IMG/VR virus record: IMGVR_UViG_3300027801_000025
Coordinates: 1 to 57,616 of that record
Source of the DNA: a virus
Taxonomy: Duplodnaviria > Caudoviricetes
DNA: 57,616 nucleotides
Direction: 5' to 3' (one strand)
Part shown: in pieces, positions 56,683-57,616 of the stretch
How positions within the stretch are numbered: position 1 is the first letter of the stretch
How the letters are laid out: each line of letters begins with the position of its first letter
Made by a program: the position numbers and the translations under genes
The notes under the pieces: generated by a model
What the model saw: the letters and a program-made list of their open reading frames with translations, nothing else
Database searches by the model: none
What the model was told of the DNA's origin: nothing

Positions 56683-56950
56683 CGACGTCTATATTAGTTA
56701 CATCTGCGGTAAACCTTTTATAAGCAACCTCTTCAATCTCCTCTTGCAAACAGTGTCTAGCTGATTCAAGGTATAATATTGCATCCATTAATTCCTCTTG
56801 TACATCAACAATAAATCTACCTAGATCTTTCTTCTGACCTTCAATCTCTTGCATCATTGTAGCTCCATATTTCTTTTGACCTATTAAGCTACGTTCGTCC
56901 ATCTTCCTTAGTACGTTCTGTACTATCTTATCTTGTGTTTTAATCTGCAT
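56666..56950 (-). CDS. All-alpha NTP pyrophosphatase-like small protein
   Basis: G.KKYG...QEELMDAILYL. Confidence 0.55.
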   Translation of the reverse strand: MQIKTQDKIVQNVLRKMDERSLIGQKKYGATMMQEIEGQKKDLGRFIVDVQEELMDAILYLESARHCLQEEIEEVAYKRFTADVTNIDVDEEAL

Positions 56951-57614
56951 CTTTCACGAATGTTCCGTTAATCATTTTACCAGTTCTCTTGTTAATTACA
57001 TCATAAGCTGACTCAATACATTGTTCAATCTTTATGTCTTCAAACTTAGCTATGCTTGTTAATACTACTATCATATCGCCAATAGCATCTTGTATTTCAG
57101 GCTTATCATTGTTTATTAAAGCCTGAGCAAGCTCACCAGCTTCTTCCATAAGTTTTAAATACTGTGTTTTTGCGTCTCCATGAGCATAAATACCTTTAGT
57201 AGTAGCCCATTCTCTTATTTTATCAAACATCAAGTATTTTATATGAACTTGAGGTGTGTGAACCGGGTTGTAAAAAGCCTCATAAAAAGCTTTGTTGTAT
57301 ATATAACTTCTTTCGTTGTCAAACATAGAAGTTTTAACATTTGCCATTATCCAAGGTATGTTATCTTTCGTTATTTCAAATGTGCCATACTCTGTATGTT
57401 GCCATTTTAAACCAATGTTATCCTGTAACCGTCCTTTTAATTTATTGACGGGCATGGGGAATGTTGAGGTCTGTTCTGTTACGTTTATCTTCATTTTATT
57501 AAATAGGTTTTTATATAATTTTAAATCCTTCTTATAGCCATAAGACGTTTGAAGTTCTATTTCACGGTCTGATATATAATCTATATCGTCTGACTGTTCA
57601 AGAACCTCATACTC
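56940..57614 (-). CDS. MazG-like nucleotide pyrophosphohydrolase with N-terminal extension (5' partial)
   Basis: KLMEEAGELA...EIQDAIGD; frame stays open upstream of ATG 57494 to the window end. Confidence 0.8.
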   Translation of the reverse strand, partial: EYEVLEQSDDIDYISDREIELQTSYGYKKDLKLYKNLFNKMKINVTEQTSTFPMPVNKLKGRLQDNIGLKWQHTEYGTFEITKDNIPWIMANVKTSMFDNERSYIYNKAFYEAFYNPVHTPQVHIKYLMFDKIREWATTKGIYAHGDAKTQYLKLMEEAGELAQALINNDKPEIQDAIGDMIVVLTSIAKFEDIKIEQCIESAYDVINKRTGKMINGTFVKDAD

Positions 57615-57616
57615 TC

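Overview
The window is part of a lytic, AT-rich dsDNA tailed phage genome with podovirus/crAss-like architecture. The host is most likely a marine Bacteroidetes/Flavobacteriia species, inferred from SD-less A-rich start contexts and the gene set. Layout: (i) 1-1735, minus-strand cluster of tiny 'early' ORFs behind two copies of a 43-bp promoter-like motif, with a 39-nt tRNA-like mini-element and a 210-nt G-less leader; (ii) 1750-2100, a non-coding divergence point with short repeats (possible terminus, pac site or origin); (iii) 2136-53007, a plus-strand late region with GroEL/GroES, a cluster of small [S/T/A]PxK-motif proteins plus a zincin, a holin, modular tail-fibre/LamG genes, a tandem GroES-like protein, terminase, portal, scaffold, MCP, tail proteins, probable ejected proteins including a 2428-aa polyvalent protein, an envelope cassette and an M15 endolysin; (iv) 53022-end, minus-strand nucleotide metabolism genes (nrdA, nrdB, endonuclease I-like, MazG-like). 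The best candidate for a new system is the 2428-aa virion polyprotein. It is punctuated by four [VIL]Q[YF]S[QK][TS] linkers that separate a zincin, a sigma70 region-2-like segment, an EHxxP nuclease-like segment and a HAD phosphatase. It may deliver a sigma factor for the non-host-consensus early promoters. All family calls are by-eye motif recognition; no searches were run.
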